A DNA stretch of 64,000 bases from Eubacteriales bacterium. GTDB taxonomy: Bacteria; Bacillota; Clostridia; Oscillospirales; SIG627. Location: contig JAZQJZ010000007.1 in the NCBI GenBank assembly GCA_045541915.1, positions 104,759 through 168,758 on the forward strand, in the 5' to 3' direction. Below are positions 7,481 through 17,553 of the stretch, piece after piece. The notes beneath the pieces were generated by a model. The model was given only the letters and a program-made list of their open reading frames with translations. It had not been told where the DNA came from and made no database searches. Numbering within the stretch: the first letter of the stretch is position 1; each line of letters starts with the position of its first letter. The position numbers and the translations under genes were made by a program.

Positions 7481-8764
7481 TTATTCGGTTTCCACTGTTG
7501 CTTTTTCCAATTTCGGCATCCGGTACATTTCCTCCGCCGCCAGGCGAACCTTTGCCACCGGTGTATGATCTTTTGGGAAGCAGAAATAAAGCCGTTCCTT
7601 GTTTCCGATTCCGATCACATCCCCAATTTCATAGAAGAAAAAGTCGGTATTGACGCTGTAAGAAAAATACGGATCCTGGTGATAGGTAAAGGAATTGTCA
7701 CTGGAGGTGAGCGCAAAGCCGTATCGGTCGTGATTCAACACGCCCTCTCCCACCATATAAAGCGCCTTGTGGTTGCAGATCACACCCACATTTACCGGAA
7801 TGTTCAAACGGTATTCGTTCTCCTCCAATTCCCTTTTCACACACTCTCTTTGCCAATCAAACCAATGGGGAATGTGCGAAAACCGGGTTTCGCCTTGAGT
7901 GGCGCGAAGGCTTCCGTCCTCCAGCATTTCATATTGCTTGCCGCAGGCGGAGCAGGTAAGATGAATCCCTTCCCCGCGCATGGTTCCTTCTGCTTCGCAG
8001 TGAGGACAGCGATACAGGATCCGTTCCAGACCGGTGGCACGGAAGGGCTCACTGATCCGGATCCCTTTCTCCTTTTGCTGGGCAAAATGGTCAAAGGAAA
8101 AGGCTTCATCCAACACCGCATCCAGTTCCGGAACCGACATGGTTTGAATTTCCTCCCGGGAGATGAGACAGGAAAGATCGGCGGTGACCTTCACCCTTCT
8201 CAAGCGAAGTCCGTTATAAAGCGGATCCCTTAAAAATCCGCCGGCATCGGAGCGGATCAGAAGCACCGGAACCCCCAGACGCTTCACCAGGCCTCCCAGC
8301 TTCCGGGGCAAGGTAGTGGCTCTTCCGTCCAGACTATAGCCCGCTTCGGGGTACATCAAAACGCTCATTTTCTTCTTTTTTACAGTACGGATCAGATCCA
8401 TCACCAAGGTCACATCCGTGACAAATTTTTGGGTGGGGATGCATCCGATCAAGCGCATCAAAAGGGATTTTCCCACAAAGGCATCGGTGGTAGAAACAAT
8501 GCCGTACTGCATTGGGAACAGAATTTTCGAAGCCATTTTCAGATCCAGAAAGCTGGAATGATTCATCAGGATCAAATAAGGTCCCGGACCGGCCTTTTCC
8601 ATATTGGTTCGGGTAAAGGAAAACCTTGCCCCAATCAAAGCCGGAATGGAAAGGATCCGGATCACAAGCCGGAACAAAAAATGCGGTTTGACGGGTTTTA
8701 AGTGGGAAAGCGGCGGCATTTTCTGCATCGCATCCCAGGTGATTCGGCGTGTTTTGATTTTCAT
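7481..8764 (-). CDS. lysophospholipid (PlsC-type) acyltransferase family protein with extended C-terminal domain
   Basis: HX4D motif NHSSFLD and an N-terminal membrane-proximal segment. SD GGAGG. Confidence 0.75.
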   Translation of the reverse strand: MKIKTRRITWDAMQKMPPLSHLKPVKPHFLFRLVIRILSIPALIGARFSFTRTNMEKAGPGPYLILMNHSSFLDLKMASKILFPMQYGIVSTTDAFVGKSLLMRLIGCIPTQKFVTDVTLVMDLIRTVKKKKMSVLMYPEAGYSLDGRATTLPRKLGGLVKRLGVPVLLIRSDAGGFLRDPLYNGLRLRRVKVTADLSCLISREEIQTMSVPELDAVLDEAFSFDHFAQQKEKGIRISEPFRATGLERILYRCPHCEAEGTMRGEGIHLTCSACGKQYEMLEDGSLRATQGETRFSHIPHWFDWQRECVKRELEENEYRLNIPVNVGVICNHKALYMVGEGVLNHDRYGFALTSSDNSFTYHQDPYFSYSVNTDFFFYEIGDVIGIGNKERLYFCFPKDHTPVAKVRLAAEEMYRMPKLEKATVETE

Positions 8765-8789
8765 CAGAAACCTCCTGTCGAATTATGAT

Positions 8790-9869
8790 CTATACCCATT
8801 GTCTCACATCGTAGAAACGTGTAACGGCAAATCCCTTGTCATCCTTTACCGTTACACGAACCGGTCCTCTGTCAGGATCGATGGAAAAGGAAGCGCCGGT
8901 AACAGGGTCGTCTTCTCCGTAACAGGGAAGAGTGCGTCCGCCCGCGTGCACAGCAAAAATTGCCTTGGCAGGAGAAGTGGCAACAAAGAGCGATCCGTCC
9001 TCCATCCAAAGATCATAGATCTCAGGACCCGTGGAAGCATAGAAATTTCCCTTCTCCAGAGCGCGGGTAACAGTGCGGTATTCCAGCTTTTCCGCCTTGA
9101 TCTGGATCCAGCCCAGGCAAGAGACATTTTTCTTATGATCCAATTCCACCCGGTTGTGATTGTCATCTGCCGCAATGGGATAAAGAAAATTTCCGTACCG
9201 GCAAACAGCGTCATACAAAATGGGAGTATCATCGGGATAGCCACTGACCACAGAGCTGGAATTCCAAATTTCCATGGCATCCAGACCCTGATACTGCATC
9301 AATCTTGCCGGGTCCTCCATGGACCAGGCCGGGTGATTACAGATGACAAAAAATCCCTTTTCCTTGGCAATGGCAATGGTGCGGTTGATGCTTTCCACAT
9401 CCCAGAAGCGCTCATAATCCGGTAAGGATTCATCCACCAGGATCTTGCTTCTGTTTTCTTTCTCGTGATACTTGATATAACGGGTTCGGTGATAAAAAGG
9501 AGTCACTAGATTCTCTTCTTCCTTGGCGATCAGGCAAAAGTGAACCCAAGGTCTCCGCTTGTGATTCCAAAAGGACTGGGGCGCCTGCATTTCAATTTCA
9601 AGACCGTTGAGAGGAAGAAAGCTGTCATCCTTCAATTCCGGGTGACCTCGAAGCACATCGTGATCCGTAAAGGCTATGATGGAATATCCTTGAGACAGAT
9701 AGACCTCCTTTACCTTTTCCGGAGTCCAATTTCCGTCGGAAACCGTGGTATGACAGTGCAAGTTGGCTTTGTAAAACTTCCCGGTAGGCGGAAGCAGATG
9801 GCGCTTCATTGGTGCCACATCCTTTCCTCTTCTTTGTTCCTTTATACTGGATTTTTCGAAAAAAAGCAA
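8790..9869 (-). CDS. PHP-domain (polymerase/histidinol phosphatase-like) metal-dependent phosphoesterase
   Basis: HCHTTVSDG and AFTDHD motifs. Start is ambiguous: TTG 9869 (SD AAGGGGA) or ATG 9809. Confidence 0.7.
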   Translation of the reverse strand: MLFFEKSSIKEQRRGKDVAPMKRHLLPPTGKFYKANLHCHTTVSDGNWTPEKVKEVYLSQGYSIIAFTDHDVLRGHPELKDDSFLPLNGLEIEMQAPQSFWNHKRRPWVHFCLIAKEEENLVTPFYHRTRYIKYHEKENRSKILVDESLPDYERFWDVESINRTIAIAKEKGFFVICNHPAWSMEDPARLMQYQGLDAMEIWNSSSVVSGYPDDTPILYDAVCRYGNFLYPIAADDNHNRVELDHKKNVSCLGWIQIKAEKLEYRTVTRALEKGNFYASTGPEIYDLWMEDGSLFVATSPAKAIFAVHAGGRTLPCYGEDDPVTGASFSIDPDRGPVRVTVKDDKGFAVTRFYDVRQWV

Positions 9870-9971
9870 TAGAAATCCCCTTTTTTTCTATTTTTTACAA
9901 GCCAACTGCCAGCCCTTGACTTTTTCCTTTGTTGCCGTTAAACTAGAGGGCAGTAAAATAAAGAGGATTAT

Positions 9972-10970
9972 ATGAATTACGTTGTTTTGGATCTGGAATG
10001 GAATCAGCCGCGCTTTTCCGGCGAAACGGTGAAAAAGCCCGTTTACCTGGTGGGCGAGATCGTTCAGATCGGCGCCGTGCGCATGGATGAGAGCCTTTCC
10101 ATCAAGGATGAATTGCGGTTGACCGTCAGTCCCCGGTATTATCGGAAGATGCACCGCAAAGTAGCAAAGATCACGGGACTGGATAATGAAACGGTGCGTC
10201 GGGGACTTCCTTTTCCCGAAGCTTTTCGCATTCTCACTCAGTTTTGCGGAGAGGATTTTGTTTTTCTCACCTGGGGTCCGGATGATATTCCCATGCTCCG
10301 GGACAATCTGATCCTTCATTCTCTGGATGAAGAGTGGCTGCCGGATTCCTTTGATCTGCAGGTTCTCTTTTCTCATCAGATCACAGGTCAGGTGCGGCAA
10401 TTTGCCCTGGAGGATGCCATTGAAATGCTAAACGAAGAGCCTTTCCAGGCTCACGATGCCCTTTGCGATGCCAAAAGCACCGCACTGATCTGCCGCCATT
10501 TGAACATGGAAGAGGGCCTTCGGGATTATCCGCTTTTGGCGGGAGATATCACCTCTCACCCTCTGGAGGTTCGGGAATTGGGTGTGCATTATGCAGATCG
10601 GGGAGAAGCCTTGCGAGAGCTTGCTACCACGCCCTTTGCCTGTCCCTTGTGCGAAGAATATGTAATTCCCGATACGATCATTCCTCAAAATGCCAACAAA
10701 TACCTCTCCCTTGCCACTTGCACCGGCGGAGAAGAATACCTGGTTCGTTTCCGGCTGTACCGAAGCGAAAAAAAGCAGATCGGTGTCACAAGAGAGGTCT
10801 ACGAGATGTCCCACATCCTCCGGGCCTTTTACGATCAAAAGCTGCAGCGCTACCAGAGACTGAAGGAATTGGAGCGCCTCAAGGACCGGCAAAAAAGAGC
10901 GCGGCGCCGGCAGAAAAGAGCAGAAGAAAAAAAGAGAGCCGCAGAGCAGGAAACCGTCACCACCGCATGA
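9972..10970 (+). CDS. DEDDh 3'-5' exonuclease domain protein with basic C-terminal tail
   Basis: Exo I motif VVLDLEWN and Exo III motif HDALCDA. The C-terminus is R/K/E-rich (RQKRARRRQKRAEEKKR). Confidence 0.75.
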   Translation: MNYVVLDLEWNQPRFSGETVKKPVYLVGEIVQIGAVRMDESLSIKDELRLTVSPRYYRKMHRKVAKITGLDNETVRRGLPFPEAFRILTQFCGEDFVFLTWGPDDIPMLRDNLILHSLDEEWLPDSFDLQVLFSHQITGQVRQFALEDAIEMLNEEPFQAHDALCDAKSTALICRHLNMEEGLRDYPLLAGDITSHPLEVRELGVHYADRGEALRELATTPFACPLCEEYVIPDTIIPQNANKYLSLATCTGGEEYLVRFRLYRSEKKQIGVTREVYEMSHILRAFYDQKLQRYQRLKELERLKDRQKRARRRQKRAEEKKRAAEQETVTTA

Positions 10971-11000
10971 AAAAAGCAGCCTTTCGGCTGCTTTTTTTTT
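10971..11000. terminator. bidirectional intrinsic terminator between convergent genes
   Basis: A5-GCAGCC-tttc-GGCTGC-T9. Confidence 0.85.
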
Positions 11001-13428
11001 ATTCTTTTTCGTATTGGATCTTTCCCTCCGGGGAAAGAATGGCCTTCACCCGGTCTCCCTCTCGGAACGAGCCGGAGAGAAGATAGGAAGAAAGGGAATC
11101 CTCCACGCTTCTTTGAATGGCCCGGCGCAAGGGACGGGCACCGTAAACGGGATCAAAGCCTTCTTCCGCCAGCTTTTCTACCACTTCCGGAGAAAAGGCA
11201 AGGGAAATGGCGCTGTTTTCCAGAAGACGGGCAGATACCTCTCCCAGCATTTTTTCCGCGATGGCCTGGATCTGCTTTTTGCCCAGACGGTGGAACACAA
11301 TGATCTCATCCAGTCGGTTCAAAAATTCCGGACGGAAGGTTTCCTTCAGCGCTTGACGGATCTTTTCCTCATCGTCCCGGTCCTGAGCCTCTTCTTCGTT
11401 TCCGGTGGAAAAGCCCATGGTCTTTTTCACAGCAAGGCTGGAGGCACCGCAGTTGGAGGTCATAATGATGATGGTATTTTTAAAATTCACCTTTCTGCCG
11501 TGGGAATCGGTCAGATGACCGTCCTCCAGGATCTGGAGCAGAATATTAAACACATCCGGATGGGCCTTTTCGATTTCATCAAAGAGTACCACGGAATAGG
11601 GGTTTCTCCGGATCTTCTCCGTCAGCTGTCCCCCATCGTCAAAGCCCACATAACCAGGCGGCGAGCCGATGAGTTTGGAAACGGAGTGCTTTTCCATAAA
11701 TTCCGACATATCCACCCGGATCATTTTACTCTCCGAGCCGAACATCACCTGGGAAATGGCGCGGCAAAGCTCGGTCTTACCCACGCCTGTCGGTCCGGTG
11801 AAAAGAAAGGTTCCTGCAGGACGCTTGGGATCCCCAAGCCCGGTGCGACTTCTGCGAATGGCGCGGCTGACGGCCGTTACCGCCTCGCTCTGCCCCATCA
11901 CTCTTTTTTCCAGGATCTCCTCCAGATCGCAGAGTTTTTTGGCCTCCTCCTCCAAAAGACGGTTCACGGGAATCCCCGTCCACTGGGTGACGATCTGGGC
12001 AATGTCCTCTTCGCCCACAGAGCCGCAAACAGCGCCAGCGTGCTTTTCCTTTTCCCGTTTCAGCTGATCCTTTTTCTCTTTGATCTGATTCAGCTTTTCT
12101 CCGGCCAGTTCATACGCTTCCTCTTCCACCGCCGTCTTTTTTTCTTCCTCCAGACGGGCAATCTCTGCCTGGATGGCTTTTTCTTCCGGAGAGGGCGAAA
12201 GGGTGCGGATCCGCTTTCGGGAAGCGGCTTCGTCCACCAGATCGATGGCCTTATCCGGCAAAAAGCGGTCGGAAATATACCGTCCGGAAAGACGAACGGC
12301 GCTTTCAATGGCCTGGTCGGTGATGGCAAGCTTGTGGTGCTCCTCATACTTGGAGCGAAGGCCCTTTAAGATCTGGATAGCCTCCTCTTCGCTGGGCTCA
12401 CCCACCGTCACCGATTGGAATCTTCTTTCCAGCGCCGCATCCTTTTCGATGGTGCGGTATTCGGAAAGGGTGGTGGCGCCGATCACCTGCAGAGAGCCTC
12501 TGGCCAGTGCCGGCTTTAAAATGTTGGAAGCGTCCATGCTGCCTTCGGAGGCACCGGCGCCCACAATGGTATGGATCTCATCGATAAAGAGGATGGCATC
12601 CCCCATTTCGATCACTTCGTCAATCACATTTTTAATTCTTTCTTCAAATTCTCCCCGGTACTTGCTTCCGGCTACCATTGCCGCCAGATCCAGGGTCACC
12701 ACACGCTTTGCGGCAAGGGTCTCCGGCACATCCCCCTGGGCGATCTTCAGGGCAAGACCCTCGGCAATGGCGGTTTTTCCCACGCCGGGCTCTCCAATGA
12801 GACAGGGATTGTTTTTGGTGCGACGGGAAAGGATCTGGATCACTCTCTCCAGTTCCACTTCTCTTCCGATGATAGGATCCAGTTTTCCTTCTCGGGCATC
12901 CTCCGTCAGATCGTGCCCATATTTCATCAGATGCTTTCCTCCGCTCTTTCCCTTTTTGTTCTGAGCCTTTTCTTCCCCGGCGCCTTCCATTTTGTCGCAC
13001 TCTCGGATATACTCCCGGCAAGCCTTGTAAAGCTCGGGAAGAGAGGCTCCCAGAAGCTGCAGGATCCGCACCGCAAGGCTATCGCCGTCGGAAACAAGGG
13101 CGAGCAGAATAAATTCCGTTCCTGTTTCCTTCCGGTGCTTGGCGCTTTCATAAATGGCCCCCTGCAGGATTCTCTGGGCGCGAGGGGTAATTTGAGCCGT
13201 ATCGGTCTGCACCGCATCACCGGCCGGAGAAAGGGAAAGAAGCTTTTCCCGGGCGGCGTCAAAGGTGATGCCCCCCTCCTCCAAAATGCCGGCGGCGGCA
13301 CTGTCCTGGGTTAAGATCAAACCCAAAAGCAAATGCTCACTGCCAATGTATCCATGGCCCAATTCGCTGGCAGCACTCTGGGCATTTTCCAGCGCTCTTT
13401 GGGCATTTTCAGAAAAATTTGCCTGCAT
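10999..13428 (-). CDS. clpC: ATP-dependent Clp protease ATP-binding subunit ClpC
   Basis: 809 aa with Clp_N repeats and two Walker A motifs ([16 protein letters not shown]). It follows ctsR-mcsA-mcsB in the same operon. Confidence 0.95.
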   Translation of the reverse strand: MQANFSENAQRALENAQSAASELGHGYIGSEHLLLGLILTQDSAAAGILEEGGITFDAAREKLLSLSPAGDAVQTDTAQITPRAQRILQGAIYESAKHRKETGTEFILLALVSDGDSLAVRILQLLGASLPELYKACREYIRECDKMEGAGEEKAQNKKGKSGGKHLMKYGHDLTEDAREGKLDPIIGREVELERVIQILSRRTKNNPCLIGEPGVGKTAIAEGLALKIAQGDVPETLAAKRVVTLDLAAMVAGSKYRGEFEERIKNVIDEVIEMGDAILFIDEIHTIVGAGASEGSMDASNILKPALARGSLQVIGATTLSEYRTIEKDAALERRFQSVTVGEPSEEEAIQILKGLRSKYEEHHKLAITDQAIESAVRLSGRYISDRFLPDKAIDLVDEAASRKRIRTLSPSPEEKAIQAEIARLEEEKKTAVEEEAYELAGEKLNQIKEKKDQLKREKEKHAGAVCGSVGEEDIAQIVTQWTGIPVNRLLEEEAKKLCDLEEILEKRVMGQSEAVTAVSRAIRRSRTGLGDPKRPAGTFLFTGPTGVGKTELCRAISQVMFGSESKMIRVDMSEFMEKHSVSKLIGSPPGYVGFDDGGQLTEKIRRNPYSVVLFDEIEKAHPDVFNILLQILEDGHLTDSHGRKVNFKNTIIIMTSNCGASSLAVKKTMGFSTGNEEEAQDRDDEEKIRQALKETFRPEFLNRLDEIIVFHRLGKKQIQAIAEKMLGEVSARLLENSAISLAFSPEVVEKLAEEGFDPVYGARPLRRAIQRSVEDSLSSYLLSGSFREGDRVKAILSPEGKIQYEKE

Positions 13429-13431
13429 ATT

Positions 13432-14448
13432 TCATTCCTCCTTATGGTTCAGTCTCTCACGCAAAATCTCACTTCTGCGAATGTCCCGGAGCTCCTCATC
13501 CCGAAGGGTGATATTCTGAAGCAGCATAGGCGCCGGCATCAATTCCACAAACAAGCGGTCCAGCTCTTCCATTCCCTGAGCCTCCGCAAGGCCGGCCTCT
13601 TTTCCGAAGCGAACCTGGGAATACAGGGAAATAAATTCTCCGTAGGACATCTTTTTGGCAAACTTCAGCGTTCCCGCTGCCCGGGAAACCCGATCCTCCA
13701 AGGCGATCCGATCCCGCTCCAGCATTGCCTGTTTTCCTTTTTTCTCCATTTCCTCCACCTGCTCGATCACCTTTTCAAAGGTGTTGACGATCTCCAGAGG
13801 ACTTTTTTCCCGGCTGGTCTGATTGGAGATCTGGTAAATGCTGCCGCTTTCCCGGCTTCCCTCTCCAAAAACACCTCTCACGGTAAATCCGGCGTTGTTT
13901 AAATTCTGGATCAGCCTTGGCATGGCGCCGGAGGAGGTGATGGCCGGCAGATGGATCATCACCGAAATGCGCATGGCCGCACCTAAATTGGTAGGACAAG
14001 AGGTAAGGTATCCCAAGCCGTCCCGATAGGCGAGGGGAAGCTTTTCTTCTCCCAGCTTTGCCCATTCCACCGCCTTTTCAAAGGCAGAGAGAATTTTCTT
14101 TCCTGACTGGATCACCTGAAGACGGATATGATCCTCCTCGTTGATCATAAGGCTGACCTCTCCGTCCTCCGACAAAAGAAGTCCGCAGCCTCCCCCTTTC
14201 TTTGCAAGGGCAGCACTGGCAAGACGGGTCTGAACATACGCCTCCTTCACCGTCTGGTCCACATCCCCAAAGGAAATAGCCAGGGGCTTTTTTTCCTGAT
14301 AGGCGCTCTTGATCCGGGAGAAGACCTCCTCTTTTTGTTCCCGGGTCAAAAGAGCGGGAAAGGGAGTATTTTCCAGGTTCCGCGCAAAACGGACCCGGGT
14401 GGAAAGCACCGGGGAGGTGCCATCGGTTCTTTTCTCATACCAATACAT
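13432..14448 (-). CDS. mcsB: protein arginine kinase McsB
   Basis: Guanido-kinase motif NEEDHIRLQV, plus operon position. Confidence 0.9.
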   Translation of the reverse strand: MYWYEKRTDGTSPVLSTRVRFARNLENTPFPALLTREQKEEVFSRIKSAYQEKKPLAISFGDVDQTVKEAYVQTRLASAALAKKGGGCGLLLSEDGEVSLMINEEDHIRLQVIQSGKKILSAFEKAVEWAKLGEEKLPLAYRDGLGYLTSCPTNLGAAMRISVMIHLPAITSSGAMPRLIQNLNNAGFTVRGVFGEGSRESGSIYQISNQTSREKSPLEIVNTFEKVIEQVEEMEKKGKQAMLERDRIALEDRVSRAAGTLKFAKKMSYGEFISLYSQVRFGKEAGLAEAQGMEELDRLFVELMPAPMLLQNITLRDEELRDIRRSEILRERLNHKEE

Positions 14449-14963
14449 TATTTTCCCTCCTTTTCCCGAATCTCATCCCGAAGACGGGCGGCTTCTTCAT
14501 AGTTTTCAGTTTCCAGCGCCGCTTTCAGCTTCTCACGCAAAGAAGCGATCTGATCCAAAGCCGGCTCTGTCTCTTTCATTTTTTCTTTTTTGGGCAAAGT
14601 CTCCTTGGCTTTTTCCGAAAGTCGGCCGGCTCGGTACCCGTTCCCCACAAAAGGGGTCAGATCCAGCTTCCCGGAAAAGGCATCGTAGCAAGCACTGCAG
14701 CCAAAAACTCCGTTTTTTCTCACCGAGGAAAGAGTGGCACCGCAAAGAGGGCATTTTTCCATTTGCTCCGCGGGAAAGGATGCGGTCTGGGAAAACAGGG
14801 GAAAGGAGCCAAACAGATCCTCGTGAAAAAGGCTCTCCTTCTGTCCTATTTTGCCGGCGCAGTGAGCGCAAAGGTTAAGTTCCCTTTTGACACCGTTTTT
14901 CACTTCCTTATAATGCACAGTAGCAGGATTTTTGCCACAGCTTTCACACAAGATCATTTTCAT
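14448..14963 (-). CDS. mcsA: McsA (zinc-finger/UVR-motif activator of McsB)
   Basis: Paired CxxC motifs (CESCG..CAHC, CPLCG..CSACY) and a C-terminal UVR-like YEEAARLRDEI. 1-nt overlap with mcsB. Confidence 0.85.
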   Translation of the reverse strand: MKMILCESCGKNPATVHYKEVKNGVKRELNLCAHCAGKIGQKESLFHEDLFGSFPLFSQTASFPAEQMEKCPLCGATLSSVRKNGVFGCSACYDAFSGKLDLTPFVGNGYRAGRLSEKAKETLPKKEKMKETEPALDQIASLREKLKAALETENYEEAARLRDEIREKEGK

Positions 14964-15430
14964 TTTTCTCTCTCCTTTTCTGCTAAAATTTCCAGAATGG
15001 CATGGCGGAAAATGCTGGCGCGGACAATGTCTCTTCCTCCCCGTTCCACCGGGGAAAGCGCTCGGTCCGAAAGAGAGGAAAGGAGAATTTTTGCTTCCCG
15101 TTCCTCCAGGATTCCGGCAGAGATTAATTCACTCAAAAACATTCTGGCGCTTTCAAAATCAATGGAATCCTTGATGGCGTGGTAAAAACGCAGCAGGTAT
15201 TCGTTTTTGTTCATGGGCACCTTCCGGATGCGGATGAATCCTCCGCCTCCCCGACGGCTTTCCACCAGATATCCCCTTTCCGGAGTAAAGCGAGAGGTGA
15301 TCACATAGTTGATCTGACTGGGAACACATCCCATTCGCTCTGCAAATTCATTGCGCACAATGGAAAGCTCCCCTCCGGCCTCCTCCAGCATTTCTTCCAA
15401 TAAATAAGCAATTCTTTGAGATAAGATCAT
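14960..15430 (-). CDS. ctsR: class III stress gene repressor CtsR
   Basis: N-terminus MILSQRIAYLLEEML with GCVPSQINYVI and the glycine loop RRGGGGFIRI. First gene of the clpC operon. Confidence 0.92.
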   Translation of the reverse strand: MILSQRIAYLLEEMLEEAGGELSIVRNEFAERMGCVPSQINYVITSRFTPERGYLVESRRGGGGFIRIRKVPMNKNEYLLRFYHAIKDSIDFESARMFLSELISAGILEEREAKILLSSLSDRALSPVERGGRDIVRASIFRHAILEILAEKEREK

Positions 15431-15454
15431 GGGACTCCTCCAAGCGAAATTCGA

Positions 15455-15472
15455 CTTTGACTTTCTTTGACT
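15455..15472 (-). promoter_or_regulatory. CtsR box (downstream of -10)
   Basis: Minus strand reads AGTCAAAGAAAGTCAAAG, matching the heptad direct repeat consensus (A/G)GTCAAA-NAN-(A/G)GTCAAA. Confidence 0.8.
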
Positions 15473-15482
15473 TTCTGATTTT

Positions 15483-15510
15483 ATTATACCCCATTTATCT
15501 TATTTGTCAA
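15483..15510 (-). promoter_or_regulatory. ctsR-clpC operon promoter
   Basis: Minus strand reads TTGACA (15510-15505), 16-nt spacer, TATAAT (15488-15483). Confidence 0.7.
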
Positions 15511-15527
15511 GGTCAAAAAAGGTCAAA
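15511..15527 (+). promoter_or_regulatory. CtsR box (abutting the -35)
   Basis: GGTCAAAAAAGGTCAAA, a perfect heptad direct repeat, on the opposite strand to the first box. Confidence 0.85.
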
Positions 15528-15680
15528 TTTTGATTGATTTTTTTCAAAATACACCATTTTTTTCTTTCTTTTTTCAAAATTCTCAACCTGGCTCATTTTT
15601 TTGCCGTTTTTGTTGCATTTTTAAGGGTCGGGTGGTAAAATAAAGTGAAAATTGATGGGACAAACAAAGGAAAAAACACC

Positions 15681-16343
15681 ATGAGAATGAGAAAAAAGAA
15701 ACATACCGAAGAGCGCCTGGCAGCTTGTGCCTCCATTCAGATCACCGATCCGGAGAAACACAAGGGCTCCTGGAGAAGCCTTTTTTCCAAAGAAGGAAAA
15801 CCGGTTTCGGACAACGCTACCTTGGAGCTGGAGATCGGCTGCGGCAAGGGCGCCTTCATTCTGGAATTGGCAAAGCGCCGCCCCGATACTCTGTTTGTAG
15901 CCGTGGAATACTGCCGCGAGGCTATGCTTCTGGCGGTGGAAAAAGTATTCCGGGAAGGTCTTGAAAACGTCTTGTTTCTCTGTGCCGATGCCGCCAAGCT
16001 TGGCGACTATTTTGCCCCCGGCGAGGTGGATCGGATCTACTTGAATTTCTCCGATCCCTGGCCCAAGGCGCGGCACGCCAAGCGTCGCCTGACCTCTCCC
16101 TCGTTTCTTTCTGTTTACCGGGAGATTCTGGCAGACGGGGGCTGCATCCGTCAAAAAACGGACAATGTTCTCCTCTTTGATTTTTCCTTGGAATCCTATG
16201 CCCAGTGCGGCTGGCGGGTGGAGGATGTTTGCCGGGATCTTCACGCCTCCGAGGAGGCATCTGATAACATTCTCACCGAATACGAGATTAATTTCTCCGG
16301 AAAGGGACTGACGATCAATGCCGTCACCGCATACAAAGAATGA
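15681..16343 (+). CDS. trmB: tRNA (guanine-N7)-methyltransferase
   Basis: SAM motif LEIGCGKG. The N-terminus MRMRKKKH resembles the Bacillus TrmB MRMRHKPW start, so the track GTG 15645 start is trimmed to ATG 15681. Confidence 0.88.
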   Translation: MRMRKKKHTEERLAACASIQITDPEKHKGSWRSLFSKEGKPVSDNATLELEIGCGKGAFILELAKRRPDTLFVAVEYCREAMLLAVEKVFREGLENVLFLCADAAKLGDYFAPGEVDRIYLNFSDPWPKARHAKRRLTSPSFLSVYREILADGGCIRQKTDNVLLFDFSLESYAQCGWRVEDVCRDLHASEEASDNILTEYEINFSGKGLTINAVTAYKE

Positions 16344-17278
16344 AGCTGTTTGAGATCAACCGGAACGATGCGGGACAAAGGGTGGATAAATTTGTTTTGA
16401 AGGTCACCTCATCCCTCCCCCATTCCCTTCTTTATAAAGCCATTCGCACCAAAAAAATCAAGGTAAACCGAAAGCGCTGCGAGCCGGGACAGATCCTGGC
16501 AGAGGGAGATACAGTTCAGCTGTTTCTCGCGCCCGATTTCTTTGCGGAAAGCGAAGAGGCCTGGAAAAGCCTGCCCCCTCAGGTGCAGGTGGTGTATGAA
16601 GACCAAAATCTTCTTGTGTGCCATAAGCCCACAGGCCTTTCCTGTCACAGCGACCAGACCCAGAAAAGCGGTACCCTGATCGATCATATCAAAGCATACC
16701 TTTATCAAAAGGGCGAATTTTGTCCGGAATCAGAACATTCCTTTGCGCCGGCGCTTTGTAACCGAATTGACCGGAACACCTCCGGCCTTGTGATCTGCGC
16801 CAAATGCGCCGAAGCCCTACGGGAAATGAACGAAATGATCCGTCTTCGCCGGGTGGAAAAGCGCTATCTTGCCTGGATTCTGGGAAAATGGGATCGGGAA
16901 AGCCTTGTCACGGTATATTTGAAAAAGAATCCGGAAGAAAACCGGGTGAGCGTCTCCCCCAGACCCCTGCCGGATCACCTCACTGCCATCACCGAATTTC
17001 ACCCTGTCTTTTTTGACGAAGAAAAAAATCGGGAATTAGTAGAAATTTTGCTCCATACAGGCAGAACCCATCAGATCCGCGCCACTGCGGCCTTTTTCGG
17101 CCACCCCTTGGTGGGCGACTCCAAATACGGAAAGGATCGCTCCGATCCGGACTTTCCCCATCAGGCGCTGAAGGCAGAAAGTCTTACCTTCCATCCGGAA
17201 GAGCACTCCCCTCTTTTTTACCTTGACGGGGTCACTCTCCAGGCGCCGAAGGACCCTCTTTTTTGCCCCAAAAAATAA
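16340..17278 (+). CDS. RluA-family pseudouridine synthase with S4 domain
   Basis: Motifs RIDRNTSGL and GRTHQIR. ATGA overlap with trmB. Confidence 0.88.
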   Translation: MKLFEINRNDAGQRVDKFVLKVTSSLPHSLLYKAIRTKKIKVNRKRCEPGQILAEGDTVQLFLAPDFFAESEEAWKSLPPQVQVVYEDQNLLVCHKPTGLSCHSDQTQKSGTLIDHIKAYLYQKGEFCPESEHSFAPALCNRIDRNTSGLVICAKCAEALREMNEMIRLRRVEKRYLAWILGKWDRESLVTVYLKKNPEENRVSVSPRPLPDHLTAITEFHPVFFDEEKNRELVEILLHTGRTHQIRATAAFFGHPLVGDSKYGKDRSDPDFPHQALKAESLTFHPEEHSPLFYLDGVTLQAPKDPLFCPKK

Positions 17279-17293
17279 ATTTTTTCAAAAAAG

Positions 17294-17405
17294 TTATCCA
17301 CAGCTTCCCTTCGGAAAAACTGTGGATAACTCTGTGTGTTGTGGGGAAAAACCAAGGAAATACGCTGTTTTTTTGGGGATAACGTCCCTTTTGACCTGTG
17401 GATAA
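17294..17405. promoter_or_regulatory. DnaA-box cluster
   Basis: Perfect TTATCCACA at 17294-17302 (+). Its complement TGTGGATAA at 17321-17329 and 17397-17405. One-mismatch TGGGGATAA at 17374-17382. Confidence 0.75.
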
Positions 17406-17553
17406 CTCCGCTTTTCACCCATTTCCACATTTATCCTTTTCCCCAAAAGCATTTTTTTCATTGGGCGAGAGAAGGATTTTTTTCGCGAAAAAAAGTGAAT
17501 TTTCAAATGGAAGCGTATATAGAGTAGAAGAGAAAAAGAAAGGAGGCATTTGT

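Noticed and set aside
17294-17405. The DnaA-box cluster considered as the chromosomal origin oriC.
   Set aside because: No dnaA or dnaN is nearby and I could identify no AT-rich unwinding element next to the boxes. More consistent with a secondary DnaA-box cluster. GC skew cannot be computed here.
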